Assembly: GCA_963734575.1 (NCBI GenBank)
Contig: CAVTHT010000007.1
Span: 224,549-288,548, forward strand
Direction of reading: 5' to 3'
Length of the DNA stretch: 64,000 nt
Source: an uncultured beta proteobacterium
Lineage (GTDB): Bacteria > Pseudomonadota > Gammaproteobacteria > Burkholderiales > Casimicrobiaceae
Under the pieces are notes generated by a model. The model ran no database searches. It was not told where the DNA came from and saw only the letters and a program-made list of their open reading frames with translations. The position numbers were made by a program, and so were the translations under genes. Shown here piece by piece: positions 39,432 through 50,426 of the stretch (position 1 is its first letter; each line of letters starts with the position of its first letter).

Positions 39432-40931
39432 TCAGCCGCCGGACGCGCACTGGCTACGTAGCACGTTCTTCTGCACCTTGCCCATCGCGTTGCGCGGCAG
39501 CTCGTCGACGAACACCACGCGCTTGGGCACCTTGAAGCTCGCGATCTCCGCCTTGAGCGCGACGATGATGTCGCGCTCCGACAGCTCGCATCCCGCCTTC
39601 GGCACCACGACCGCGGTGACCGCTTCGCCGAAGTCCGGGTCCGGAACGCCGATCACGGCGCTCTCGGCGACGCCGGGCAGCGCGTCGATGTGCTCCTCGA
39701 TTTCCTTCGGATACACGTTGAGGCCGCCGGTGATGATGAGGTCCTTGGCGCGTCCCACGATCTGCACGTAACCCTCGGCGCTCCACGTGCCCATGTCGCC
39801 GGTGCGGAAGAAGCCGTCGGCCGTGAACTCCTCCTTCGTCTTCTCGGGCATGCGCCAGTAGCCCGGGAACACGTTCGGTCCCTTCACCTCGATGGCCCCC
39901 ACGGTGCCCGCGGCGCACGCGTGCCCTTCGTCGTCGACGATGCGCAGCTCCACGCCGGGTAGCGGGCGGCCGACGGTGCCGGCCACGCGCGGTCCGTCGA
40001 GCGGATTGGACGTGTTCATGCCCGTCTCGGTCATGCCGTAGCGCTCGAGGATGCGCTGACCCGTGCGCGCCTCGAACTCGGTGAACGTCTCCGGCAGCAG
40101 GGGCGCCGAGCCCGAGACGAAGAGGCGGATGGTGCTGCATGCGTTGCGATCGAACGTCGGCTCCGCGAGCAGGCGCGTGTAGAACGTGGGCACGCCCATC
40201 ATCACGGTGGCGCGCGGCAGGAGCGCCATCACTTCGGCCGCATCGAACTTGGGCAGCCAGAGCATGCGCGCGCCCGAGAGCAGCACGCAGTGGATCGCGA
40301 CGAAGAGCCCGTGCACGTGATAGATGGGCAGCGCGTGCAGCAGCACGTCGCCGCGCACGAAACCCCATTCCTCGACCAGGGCGAGCGCGTTCGACGCGAG
40401 GTTGCGGTGCGTCAGCATCGCGCCCTTCGAGCGCCCCGTCGTCCCCGACGTGTAGAGGATCGCGGCGAGGTCATCGGGTGCCGAGGTGACCGTCGGGAAC
40501 GTCGGGTCCTGTCCCCGCGCGTGCTCGTCCAGCGATCCGCCGGCGGCGCCGAGGGTGAGCACCTTCGCCCGCGGTGCGAGGGGCGCGAGCACGCCCTCCG
40601 CCTCGGGCCGGCACACGATCACCCGCGGCTCCGCATTGTCGAAGAAGTAGCTGAGCTCGCCGCGCTGGTAGCCCGTGTTGAGCGGCAGGTACACGCAGCC
40701 GGCGCGCAGGCACCCGAGGTAGAGCGCGATCACCTGCCAGTGCTTGTCGGTCTGCACGGCCACGCGATCGCCGGGCTGGCAGCCGGCGTCACGCAGGGCA
40801 TGCGCATAGCGCGCCGACAGCGCCGCGAGGTCGTCGTAATGGATCACCGGGCCGTCCGGGATCAGCACGCAGGGCTGCTCGGGCTCGTCGCCGAAGTGGC
40901 TCGCGAAAAGGGAATAGAGGTTCGCGTTCAT
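39432..40931 (-). CDS. matB: malonyl-CoA synthetase (AMP-forming, MatB-type)
   Basis: Aligns along its length to Rhizobium MatB (..LAAILYTSGTTGRSKGAMLTH..IYHVHGLF..MGVPTFYTRLL..LFVSGSAPLL..ILERYGMTETGMNTSNP..GDMG..GRAKDLIITGGLNVYPKEIE..PRNAMGKVQKNVLR). Intact. Confidence 0.85.
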   Translation of the reverse strand: MNANLYSLFASHFGDEPEQPCVLIPDGPVIHYDDLAALSARYAHALRDAGCQPGDRVAVQTDKHWQVIALYLGCLRAGCVYLPLNTGYQRGELSYFFDNAEPRVIVCRPEAEGVLAPLAPRAKVLTLGAAGGSLDEHARGQDPTFPTVTSAPDDLAAILYTSGTTGRSKGAMLTHRNLASNALALVEEWGFVRGDVLLHALPIYHVHGLFVAIHCVLLSGARMLWLPKFDAAEVMALLPRATVMMGVPTFYTRLLAEPTFDRNACSTIRLFVSGSAPLLPETFTEFEARTGQRILERYGMTETGMNTSNPLDGPRVAGTVGRPLPGVELRIVDDEGHACAAGTVGAIEVKGPNVFPGYWRMPEKTKEEFTADGFFRTGDMGTWSAEGYVQIVGRAKDLIITGGLNVYPKEIEEHIDALPGVAESAVIGVPDPDFGEAVTAVVVPKAGCELSERDIIVALKAEIASFKVPKRVVFVDELPRNAMGKVQKNVLRSQCASGG

Positions 40932-41126
40932 GAAGGACCGGGACGGGCGCGCAAGCACGACGGTCGGGCATTATTTCACAGGGGTGCGGAACGCCCGGTG
41001 CCCGGCAAAGCGCGGCCGCCGCGTGGCTTGCGCTCCGACGGCGCATGCCACTAAGGTGTCGGCACAACAAGAGGCAGGACGCATGCCATTCTCGCGCCGC
41101 ATGCCGGCGCCACTTTCGGAGGAAAC

Positions 41127-42150
41127 ATGAACATCCATCGACGCCGGCTGGTCGCCGGAGCACTCGCGACCGTTCCCCTCGCCCTCGCGGGTTCGCGCAC
41201 GTTCGCGCAGGGCACCGGAAACCTCAAGATCTCGCACCAGTTTCCCGGCGGCACGATCGACAAGGGCGATTTTCGCGACCGCCTCTGCCGCCGCTTCGCG
41301 CAGGACGTCGAGAAGCGCACGAATGGCGCGCTCAAGTTCGACATCTATCCCAACTCGTCGCTGGTGAAGGTCAACTCGCAGTTCAGTGCGCTGCGGCGCG
41401 GCGCGCTCGATCTGTCGCTGGTGCCGATCTCGTATTCCGGCGGCGAAGTTCCGGAGACCAACATCGGCCTGCTGCCGGCGCTGGTGCCGTCCTACGAGGT
41501 GGGCGCGCCGCTGGAAGGATGCGGAGGTCGGCAAGCTCGTCAGCGCCATGCTGGCCGAGAAGGGCATCGTGATGGTCTCGTGGATCTGGCAGGCGGGCGG
41601 CGTGGCGAGCCGGTCGAAGCCGCTCGTGCAACCCGACGATGCGAAGGGCATGAAGATCCGCGGCGGCAGCCGCGAGATGGACATGATGTTCAAGAACGCG
41701 GGAGCGTCGGTGCTGTCGCTGCCGTCCAACGAGATCTATGCCGCGATGCAGACCGGCGCGATGGACGCGGCGCTGACGTCGTCCACCAGCCTCATCTCCT
41801 TCCGCCTCGAGGAAGTGTCGAAGCACCTCACGAGCGGCCGCGGCCGCTCGTACTGGTTCATGCTGGAGCCGCTCATCATGTCGAAGCAGATCTTCGACAA
41901 GCTGCCGAAGGCGCAGCAGGACGCGATCATGGCGGTCGGCGCGGACATGGAGAAGTTCGCGGTGGAAAGCGCGAAGGCCGACGACATCGCCGTCGCCGAC
42001 GTGTACACCAAGGCCGGCGCGAAGGTGTACGACCTCGACGATGCCACGCTGCGCAAGTGGCAGGCGCTCGCCGGTCCGGTGTGGAAGGACTACGCCGACA
42101 AGAACGAAGGCTGCGCGAAGCTTCTTGCGGCTGCCCAGAAGCTGCTGTGA
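41127..42150 (+). CDS. dctP: TRAP transporter substrate-binding protein (DctP family); frameshift near 41515
   Basis: Tat/Sec signal MNIHRRRLVAGALATVPLALAGSRTFA. NLKISHQFPGG.. then ..WKDAEVGKLVSAMLAEKGIVMVSWIWQAG..AKGMKIRGGSREMDMMFKNAGASVLSLPSNEIYAAMQTGAMDAALTS.. is the DctP signature. Confidence 0.8.
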
Positions 42151-42233
42151 CCGGTGCGGGTGAGTCGCCCGGGCTGACCAGCGCCGAGCCCACGCCTCAT
42201 GCCGGCGGCCTGCTCGGCGCCGGCGACCGCGCG

Positions 42234-42707
42234 ATGCTGTGGATCAATCGCGCGGTGCTGTTCGTGAGCATGCTGGCGCTCGTCGCCGCGGCGCTGGTGC
42301 TCACCTACAGCGTGCTGTCGCGCTATTTCTTCCACGCCAACACCGACTGGCAGGACGAGGCGGCCGTGTTCTGCCTCGTCGGTGCGACGTTCCTCTGCGG
42401 TGCATGGGTGCAGGGGCAGCGCGGGCACATCGGCATCGAGGCGGTGGCGAGCATCCTCCCGCGCCGCGTCAATCGTGTCCGCCAGGTGATCGTGGACGTG
42501 CTGACGCTGGCGTTCTGCGCGTTCTTCGCGTGGAAGTCGTGGACGCTGTTCCACGAGGCATGGGTGGACAACCAGACGACGTCGTCGACGTGGGCGCCGC
42601 CGCTCGCGATTCCCTACGGCCTCATGTCGTTCGGGATGACCCTGCTCGTGCTGCAGCTGCTGCTGCAATGCGTCGGGCACGCCGTCGGGCGGCGCGCGCC
42701 ACGATGA
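42234..42707 (+). CDS. dctQ: TRAP transporter small permease (DctQ family)
   Basis: 157-aa 4-TM protein between dctP and dctM. Its stop overlaps the dctM ATG. Confidence 0.75.
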   Translation: MLWINRAVLFVSMLALVAAALVLTYSVLSRYFFHANTDWQDEAAVFCLVGATFLCGAWVQGQRGHIGIEAVASILPRRVNRVRQVIVDVLTLAFCAFFAWKSWTLFHEAWVDNQTTSSTWAPPLAIPYGLMSFGMTLLVLQLLLQCVGHAVGRRAPR

Positions 42708-44057
42708 GCATGCTCGCACTCGGCCTGCTGTTCACGGCCGTGACCCTGGTCGTGATGTTCTCCGGCATGCCGATCTCGTTCGCGCTCGGCACGGTCGCCG
42801 TGGGCTTCATGTATTTCTTCATGCCGGCGTCCTCGCTCGACACCGTGACGCAGAACGTCTACGAGGAGATGGCGAGCATCACCCTGCTCTCGATCCCGCT
42901 GTTCATCCTCAAGGGCGCAGCGATCGGCCGGTCCGATGCCGGGCGCGATCTCTACCTCGCGATGCACGCGTGGATGCAGCGCGTGCCGGGCGGCCTCGGC
43001 ATCGCCAACGTGTTCACCTGCGCGCTGTTCGCCGCGATGGCCGGGTCGAGCCCCGCCACGTGCTCGGCCATCGGCAGCGCCGGCATCCCCGAGATGCGCA
43101 AGCGCGGCTACTCGCCGGGGTTCGCGGCGGGGATCATCGCCGCCGGCGGCACCTCGGGCATCCTGCTGCCGCCATCGATCACGATGATCCTCTACGCAGT
43201 CGCCGCGGAGGTGTCGCTCGGCCGCCTCTTCCTCGCGGGGATCGGCCCCGGGCTCCTGCTCGTCGCGCTGTTCGCGGGGTACGCGATGTACCGGTTCCGC
43301 AAGGAATACGCCGCGGCGGATCTCGCCTTCCGCGAGCACGGGCACGCCTCGGCCTACCTCGGCGAAAAGCGCTACACGATGCGCGAGCGCGTCGAGATGC
43401 TGCCGCGCGTGCTGCCGTTCGTGATCCTGCTGATCGGCGTCATGGCGGCGCTCTACGGCGGCTATGCCACGCCGTCGGAGACCGCCGGCCTCGGCGCCGT
43501 CCTGGCGCTGCTCCTCATCGCGTTCGTCTACGGCGTGTGGCGACCGCGCGACCTCAAGCCCATCCTCGGGGCAACGCTCAAGGAATCGACGATGCTGATG
43601 TTCATCATCGGCATGTCGCTCCTGTTCTCCTACGTGATGAGCTACCTGCACATCAGCCAGTCGGCGGCGCAGGCGATCGTCGCGATGCACCTGTCGAAGT
43701 GGCTGCTGCTCACGGCGATCCTGCTGCTCGTCGTCGTGCTCGGGTTCTTCCTGCCGCCGGTGAGCATCATCCTGATGACGGCGCCGATCATCCTGCCGCC
43801 GCTGCGCGCGGCCGGCTTCGACCTGATCTGGTTCGGCGATCCTGATGACCATCGTGATGGAGATGGGCCTCATCCATCCACCGGTGGGGCTCAACATCTT
43901 CGTCATCAAGAACATCGCGCCCGACATACCGCTGCGCGACGTGATCTACGGGGTGCTGCCGTTCGTCGCGCTGATGTTCGTCGCCATCGTGCTGATCTGC
44001 ATCTTCCCCGGCATCGCCGTCGCGTTCCCGAACTGGATCATGGGTGCCGGAAAATGA
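42704..44057 (+). CDS. dctM: TRAP transporter large permease (DctM family); frameshift near 43840
   Basis: MSMLALGLLFTAVTLVVMFSGMPISFALG.. 12-TM DctM signature. C-terminus ..LMTIVMEMGLIHPPVGLNIFVIK..FPNWIMGAGK is in a second frame. Confidence 0.8.
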
Positions 44058-44131
44058 GCGCCGCATTCGGTCGGGGTTCGGTTCCCGAGGGGCGTGGAGT
44101 GGCGCGAAGCCCGCGCGGCCGGGAGTAGCGC

Positions 44132-45497
44132 GTGGCGCAGCCGCTCGCGTCGCGCACGCCCGCGCAACGCATCGAGGCGCTGGCCGATCCCGGCACGGCG
44201 CGCGCGATCGACCCGTTCGACGCGCCCAGGCCGAGCCCGCATCTCGCCCGCTGGGGCATCGCGCCGCGCGACGACGATGGCGTCGTCATCCGCGGGGGTG
44301 AGCTTCTTGGCCGCAGCGTGCTGTTCGCTGCGCAGGACGCAACGTTCCTCGGCGGCGCGGTGGGCGAGCGTCAGGCGGCCGCGCTGCAGGAGCTGTTCGC
44401 GCATGCGCAGCGCGAGCGTCCCGCCGCCGTCGTGCTCCTCGCTGCATCCGGCGGCGTGCGCCTGCACGAGGCCAATCCGGCGGAGCTCGCCCTCGCGCAC
44501 GCGCTGCGCGCGCTCCTCGATCTGCGCGCGGCCGGCGTGCCGGTGCTCGCGCTCGCGTGCGGCGACGTGTTCGGCGGCGCGTCGGTCCTCACCTGTGCGG
44601 CCGACCGCGTCGGCATGCTGCCCTCCGCACGCCTCGGGTTGTCGGGTCCGAAAGTGATCGCCACCGCGCGCGGCGATGCCGAGCTCGACCCGACGGATCG
44701 TGCTGCCATCGATGCAATCTTCGGCGCCGCGGCACGACTCGCGCGCCGCCAGGCGGATCTCGTCGCCGACGACGCGGACGCGTTGCGCGGCTGGCTCACC
44801 GCGGTGATTGCAGCGCGTGAACCGTTTCCCGCGGCGATCGCCACGCAGCACGCAGCGCTGTCCGCACAGCTCGCGCGCGCGGTTGCGCCCGGCGCTATCG
44901 AGTGGAGCTTGCCCGCGGCGTGGCGCGACCTCGTCGTTCCGGTCGACGCGGCGCGCGGCCTGTTCCGGTCACGCACGGGTGGCGCATGGATCGCCGCCGC
45001 GGCGGGTCGGCATCACGTCGGTCCGGAACGCGTGCACGCACTCGACTCCGCATTGCTGGAGCACGTTGCCGGCACGGCGAAACCCGGCGACGTGCTGCTG
45101 CTCGTCGAGGATTCGCTCGGCCACGAAGTGTCGCGCAGTGCGGAAGAGCGCTGTCTCTCGCGCTTCCTCGCCCACCACGCCGCCGTGCTCGCGCTCCTGC
45201 GCCACGGTGGCGTGGAAGTGCGCGGGCTGTTGGCGGGATGCGGTCACAGCGCGGCATTCTTCTCGCACGCGCTGCAGGCGACGCGCCTCCTTGCGTTGCG
45301 GGAGGCTCGTGTCGTCGCGATGGAACGGCAGGCGGTGGCGCGCGTGACGGGGCTCGACGCCGATGCGCTCGCAGCGTGCATCGAGACCGATCCGGTGCTT
45401 GGCCATGCTGGCGACCGCCTTCGCGCACTGGGGCGGCGTCGAAGCGTTGCTGGATGCGCCGGACGCCGCCGCGCTGGAGACGCTCCTCAGACGTTAG
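44132..45497 (+). CDS. fused malonate-decarboxylase beta (MdcD) and gamma (MdcE) carboxyltransferase subunits; C-terminal frameshift near 45390
   Basis: N-terminal half ..RTPAQRIEALADPGTARAIDPFD..DDGVVIRGGELLGRSVLFAAQDATFLGGAVGE..LLAASGGVRLHEANPAE..LGLSGPKVIATARG.. aligns to Klebsiella MdcD. C-terminal half ..PGDVLLLVEDSLGHEVSRSAEERCLSRFLAHHAAVLALLRHGGVEVRGLLAGCGHSAAFFSHALQATRLLAL.. aligns to MdcE. There is no stop between the halves. The natural end ..AMLATAFAHWGGVEALLDAPDAAALETLLRR* is in the +1 frame. Confidence 0.7.
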
Positions 45498-46643
45498 CGG
45501 ACTCGCGCCGCTGCCCACAGTCGCGCGACCTGCTCCGCACGGTCCGCAAGCAGGGCGTCGGCGCGCGCGAGCGCTGTGTCGAGCGTCATGGGTGCATCCG
45601 GCAACGCAAAGCAGCCGGCAAAGACGGTGGACAGCGCGGGCAGGGCCTCGAGCGTCGACCGCGCCGGCGATCAGCGTCGCCGGCACGTGCGCACGGCGCG
45701 CCCGCGACGCGGCAATCCACGGCGCCTTGCCGGCCGAGCGTCTGCTCATCGGTGCGTCCTTCACCGGTGATCAGCCAGTCGGCCCCCGCCAGGGCACCAT
45801 CGAGGTCGATCAGATCGGCGACCACTTCCGCGCCGGGCCGCAGCGCTGGCGCCGAGCAGCAGCAGCGCGAAGCCGAGTCCGCCCGCGGCTCCCGCACCCG
45901 GCAACGCTGCGACGGATTTTCCGAAGGCCTGCTCCGCGCACGCGCCGAAATGGGCGAGCGTGGCATCGATGCTCTTCACCTCCTCCGCGCCGACGCCCTT
46001 TTGCGGGCCGAACACCGCCGTCGCGCCGCGCGGACCGGTCAGCGGATTGTCGACATCCGACAGCACCGTGATCGAGCACTCGCGGATGCGTGGATCGATC
46101 GTTGACGCATCCACGCGCGCCAGTCGCGTCAACCCCTGCGGGGTCGGCTCGACGGCAGCGCCATGTTCGTCGAGGAGCTGCGCGCCGAGCGCAGCGAGGA
46201 GCCCGGCGCCGCCATCGTTCGTGCTGCTGCCGCCCAGGCCCACCATGAAACGGCGGATGCCGCGGTCCATGAGCGCGCGCATGATCTCGCCCATGCCGCG
46301 CGTGCTGCGTGCATGGACGGGAGCATGCATGCCGTCGCGATCGGTGATGCCGACGACGCTGGCCGCCTCGATGACGCCCAGCTCGCCCTGCCCATCGCGC
46401 AGCACGCCATAGGGCAGCGGGCGACGCTCTGCCTTCCGCACCCGATGCGGCGTGCGTGCAGCGCTCGCCGCCACTCCCCGCCAGAAGCGCGTCGAGCGTG
46501 CCGTCGCCGCCGTCCGCCATCGGCCGGGAACGCACCTCGGCATCCGGCCACACGCGCAGGAGGCCGCGCGCGATCGCTGCGCAAACCTCTTGTGCGGTGA
46601 GCGAGCCCTTGAACTTGTCGGGAGCGAGAACGATGACCGTCAT
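45490..46643 (-). CDS. glxK: glycerate kinase (GlxK/GarK family); at least 3 frameshifts
   Basis: MTVIVLAPDKFKGSLTAQEVCAAIARGL..ADGGDGTLDALL.. (46643 frame). ..GMGEIMRALMDRGIRRFMVGLGGSSTNDGGAGLLAALGA..FGPQKGVGAEEVKSIDATLAHF..GAGAAGGLGFALLLLGA.. (46543 frame). ..PGAEVVADLIDLDGALAGADWLITGEGRTDEQTL.. (45966 frame). ..AGKAPWIAAS.. (45764 frame). Confidence 0.65.
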
Positions 46644-46733
46644 GGCGGTTTGCGCTTGAGCGTCGGTGCAGTTTAACGTAGCCGATATTGCACCCCGGCC
46701 GATCCCCGGCCGCGATCACCCATCGGAGGCCGC

Positions 46734-47491
46734 TTGCGCCTGTTGCGCCCGCTCGTCGCTCTCGCATTCTTCGCTGCAGGATTCGCCTACGCGCAGCCGC
46801 GCATCGATTACGCCCGCGAGGAGCGACTCGCGCAGGAGATCCTGCCGGCCCTCATGACCGGTGACGCCGTGTATCTGCGCACACCGTCGCGCGCCCGCGT
46901 CCTCGCGCTGGAGACGCGTCCGTCCGGCACGGCCAAGGGGGCCGTGGTCATCGTGCACGGCCTGGGCGTGCATCCGGACTTCGGCATGATCGGCACGTTG
47001 CGCGGGCTCCTCGCCGACGCCGGGCTACGTCACGCTGGCCGTGCAGATGCCCGTGCTTCCCGCCGACGCGCCGCGCGACGAGTACGCCACCACCTTCGAT
47101 GCAGCGGGCGAGCGCCTGGCTGCGGCGGTCGCGCACCTGCGCGATGCGGGAGCCCGGCGCGTGGCGATCGTCGCCCACAGCATGGGCGCGAGCATGACCG
47201 ACGCGTACCTTGCCCGGCCGACCGCAGCGCGCATCGACGCGTGGGTGCCCGTCGGCATGCTCGTGCCGTTTTCCGTCGCGCCGCGCGAGCCCGTGCTCGA
47301 CGTGATCGCCGAGCGCGACCTGCCAGCCCGTGGTGGAAACCAGTCCGGCGCGGAAGAAAGCGTTGCCGCCGGACCGCTGCTCCGGCCAGGTGCACGTCGC
47401 CGGCGCGGATCACTACTTCGATGGCACCGAGAAGCTCCTCGCGCAGGAGATCGTGCGCTTTCTCGATCGTGTCGCAGCGGGCGGCTGCTGA
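46734..47491 (+). CDS. secreted alpha/beta-fold hydrolase-like protein (DUF3530-like); 2 frameshifts
   Basis: Signal MRLLRPLVALAFFAAGFAYA. ..GAVVIVHGLGVHPD.. then ..VAIVAHSMGASMTDAYL.. (GxSxG) then ..VHVAGADHYFDGTEKLLAQEIVRFLDRVAAGGC* spread over three frames. Confidence 0.4.
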
Positions 47492-47511
47492 CGACGCCCG
47501 CTGGAAGTACC

Positions 47512-48504
47512 CTAGTCCATGTCTTCGATGTCGTCCGCAGCGGCGGCGTGCGTCGCCCGCTGCAGGCGATCGCGCACCGGCAGCCATGCGTCCTCGGCGG
47601 GCGGCTGCTCGATCACGATCTCGTCCACCCCCGCAGCGTCGAGGGCGCGCAGGTTCGCATAAAGCGCATGCGCGTAACCCGCGGCGTCGCGCGGCGCCGC
47701 GAGCCAGGTGCCGGCAAAGGCCGACGGTTCCGCGAGGGTTCGCGCGAGCACGCCGCGCCGGACGGCCGGGGGCCCGCCGGCGAGCGCCTGCAACTCGGTC
47801 GTGCTCACGAGCCGCGCCGGCGTCCGCGGCGCGTAATGCGACGCGAGCGTGCCGGATGCCCGCGGCGCCTGTGCGTCGGGAAGACCGGGCGTACGGCCCA
47901 GCACGCGCTCGAGCGCTTCCACGCTCACGCCGCCCGGGCGCAGCAGCACCGGTCGTTCGTCGACGCAGGCGACGATCGTGGACTCGATGCCTACGTCGCA
48001 CGCGCCGCCGTCGAGGATCAGCGCGACGCGGTCGCCGAGATCCTCCGCGACGTGCGCCGCGGTCGTCGGACTGATGCGCCCGAACCGGTTCGCCGACGGT
48101 CCGGCAATGCCGCCGCCGAAGGCTCGCAGCAGCGCTTGGGCCACGGGATGTGCGGGCACGCGCAAACCGACGGTGTCCTGCCCGCCGGTGACCGCATCGC
48201 TCACGCCCGCTGCGCGCGGGACGATCAGCGTCAGCGGCCCGGGCCAGAAGGCAGCGGCGAGGAGCCGCGCCGATGAGGGCACGTGCGCGGCCCAGTCCGG
48301 CAGCTCCGCGGCGCTCGCGAGATGCACGATCACCGGATGATCGGCGGGGCGACCTTTGGCCGCGAAGATCGCCCGCACGGCGTCGGCGTTGCGCGCATCG
48401 GCGCCGAGTCCGTAGACGGTCTCGGTGGGGAACGCGACGAGCTCGCCGCGGCGCAGCAGCGCAACGGCGCGCGCGAGGGCTTCGTCGCCGGCCGCGGTGA
48501 TCAT
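47512..48504 (-). CDS. tsaC: L-threonylcarbamoyladenylate synthase (Sua5/YwlC long form, YrdC + Sua5 domains)
   Basis: ..LRRGELVAFPTETVYGLGADARNADAVRAIFAAKGRPADHPVIVH..GPLTLIVPR..GVRVPAHPVAQALL..GPSANRFGRISPTTAAHV..plus the C-terminal Sua5 domain. Start at the internal M (MITAAGDEAL). Confidence 0.8.
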   Translation of the reverse strand: MITAAGDEALARAVALLRRGELVAFPTETVYGLGADARNADAVRAIFAAKGRPADHPVIVHLASAAELPDWAAHVPSSARLLAAAFWPGPLTLIVPRAAGVSDAVTGGQDTVGLRVPAHPVAQALLRAFGGGIAGPSANRFGRISPTTAAHVAEDLGDRVALILDGGACDVGIESTIVACVDERPVLLRPGGVSVEALERVLGRTPGLPDAQAPRASGTLASHYAPRTPARLVSTTELQALAGGPPAVRRGVLARTLAEPSAFAGTWLAAPRDAAGYAHALYANLRALDAAGVDEIVIEQPPAEDAWLPVRDRLQRATHAAAADDIEDMD

Positions 48505-48722
48505 GCCGCGGGTTTGGAGAAGCGTGCCGCGCGTGGCCGTCGCGCGGCCAAGTGGCTCATCGGGCGCATCCGGCCGGAGCATCCGGGCCCCCCGGGCGAG
48601 CGGGGGCCGTCTGCTAGAATCGCCCACCTCGTGCGCACGTCCGACGACGCCGCGCAACAAGCCATCAGCCGACACACCAGCCAGAGGGCGCGGATCGATA
48701 CGCGCCAGGCGAAAGGGAGAGC

Positions 48723-49901
48723 ATGAGCGATTTTCTGTTCACGTCCGAATCGGTCTCGGAAGGTCATCCGGACAAGGTGGCCGACCAGATCTCGGACGCG
48801 GTGCTGGACGCGATCATAGAACAAGACCCGCATGCGCGCGTCGCCGCGGAGACGCTCGTCTCGACGGGACTCGTCGTGATGTCGGGCGAGATCACGACGC
48901 ACGTGGGACACGATTACGCGCGCATCGCGCGAGAAACCATCCGGAAGATCGGCTACAGCGATCCCGAGCTGCGCTTCGACGCCGACGGCTGCGCAGTGAT
49001 GGTGTGCTACGGCCGGCAGTCGCCCGACATCGCCCGCGGCGTCGATCACGCGTCCGACGAGTACCTCAACCAGGGCGCCGGTGACCAGGGCCTGATGTTC
49101 GGCTACGCCTGCGACGAGACGCCGGCGCTCATGCCGTTCCCGATCTACTACGCGCACCGGCTGGTGCAGCGGCAGAGCGAAGTGCGCAAGGACGGTCGCC
49201 TGCCGTGGCTGCGGCCCGACGCGAAGTCGCAGGTCACGGTGCGTTACGAAAACGGCAAGCCGGCGGCCATCGACACCGTCGTGCTGTCGACGCAGCATCA
49301 CCCCAGCATGAACGAGCGGCAGCAGCAGCTCGCGGAAGCGGTGATCGAGGAGATCATCAAGCCGGTGCTGCCGGCGCGTATGCTCACGGGCACCAAATAC
49401 CTCGTCAATCCGACGGGCCGGTTCGAGATCGGCGGCCCGCACGGCGACGCCGGGCTGACCGGACGCAAGATCATCGTCGACACGTATGGCGGCGCAGCGC
49501 CGCACGGCGGCGGCGCATTCTCGGGGAAGGATCCGTCGAAGGTCGACCGCAGCGCGGCCTATGCCGCGCGTTACGTGGCCAAGAATATCGTCGCAGCCGG
49601 CCTCGCACGCCAATGCCAGGTCCAGCTGTCGTACGCCATCGGCGTCGCGCGCCCGATCAACGTCACGGTGTACACCGAAGGCACGGGGAAGCTGCCGGAC
49701 GAGAAGCTGGCGAAGCTGGTCACCGAGCACTTCGACCTGCGGCCCAAGGGCATCATCCAGATGCTGAATCTGCTCCGCCCGATCTATCTCAAGACCGCGG
49801 CCTACGGCCATTTTGGTCGGGACGAGCCGGAATTCAGCTGGGAAGCCACGGACAAGACCGAGATCCTGCGCGCCGAGATCCGCACCCCGGCCACCGCGTG
49901 A
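48723..49901 (+). CDS. metK: S-adenosylmethionine synthetase
   Basis: Full-length, frame-intact MetK (..[60 protein letters not shown]..). Confidence 0.95.
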   Translation: MSDFLFTSESVSEGHPDKVADQISDAVLDAIIEQDPHARVAAETLVSTGLVVMSGEITTHVGHDYARIARETIRKIGYSDPELRFDADGCAVMVCYGRQSPDIARGVDHASDEYLNQGAGDQGLMFGYACDETPALMPFPIYYAHRLVQRQSEVRKDGRLPWLRPDAKSQVTVRYENGKPAAIDTVVLSTQHHPSMNERQQQLAEAVIEEIIKPVLPARMLTGTKYLVNPTGRFEIGGPHGDAGLTGRKIIVDTYGGAAPHGGGAFSGKDPSKVDRSAAYAARYVAKNIVAAGLARQCQVQLSYAIGVARPINVTVYTEGTGKLPDEKLAKLVTEHFDLRPKGIIQMLNLLRPIYLKTAAYGHFGRDEPEFSWEATDKTEILRAEIRTPATA

Positions 49902-49908
49902 CCGCCGC

Positions 49909-50408
49909 ATGACCGACGCGGCGGACCCCCGTCCGTGGCTGCGGCGGCTCGCTGCGCGGTTCGATCCGTCGTGCTGGACGGGACTCGTCGTGCGGGTGGT
50001 CTCCGCGGCGGTGATCGAGGGCGAGGCCGCCGTCGTGCATACGCCGGATCACTACCTCGGCGCGGCGTGGCCGCCGGTCGCCGATGGTCTCGCCCGCTGG
50101 CCCGACATCGTGGTGATCGGGTCGCCCGCCGCGGACAATGCGCTGGCCGAGCTCTTCGTCCATCTCCCGTCCTCCGCGCGCCTCTATCTCGCGGATCTCG
50201 ACCAGGTGGATGGCGCACTCGCCGCGCAGATCCTGCGCGACGGCGATCGCAACCTCGAGCCGTACCAGCGCGCGGGCATCGATGCGTTCATCGCGGCTGA
50301 GCGCGAGCGCCAGGTCGCGCATGATCCGCGGCGCGCTTCACCGACCGCGACGCGGGCTTCGAACGCTTCCGGCACGTGGTGTTGTCCGGCGCGCACGACG
50401 ACCGCTGA
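49909..50408 (+). CDS. conserved hypothetical protein (~165 aa); C-terminal frameshift near 50330
   Basis: MTDAADPRPWLRRLAARFD..WPDIVVIGSPAADNALAELF... The probable true C-terminus ..RFTDRDAGFERFRHVVLSGAHDDR* is in the +2 frame. No family assigned. Confidence 0.35.
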
Positions 50409-50426
50409 TCCGAGCCTGCTTACTGC

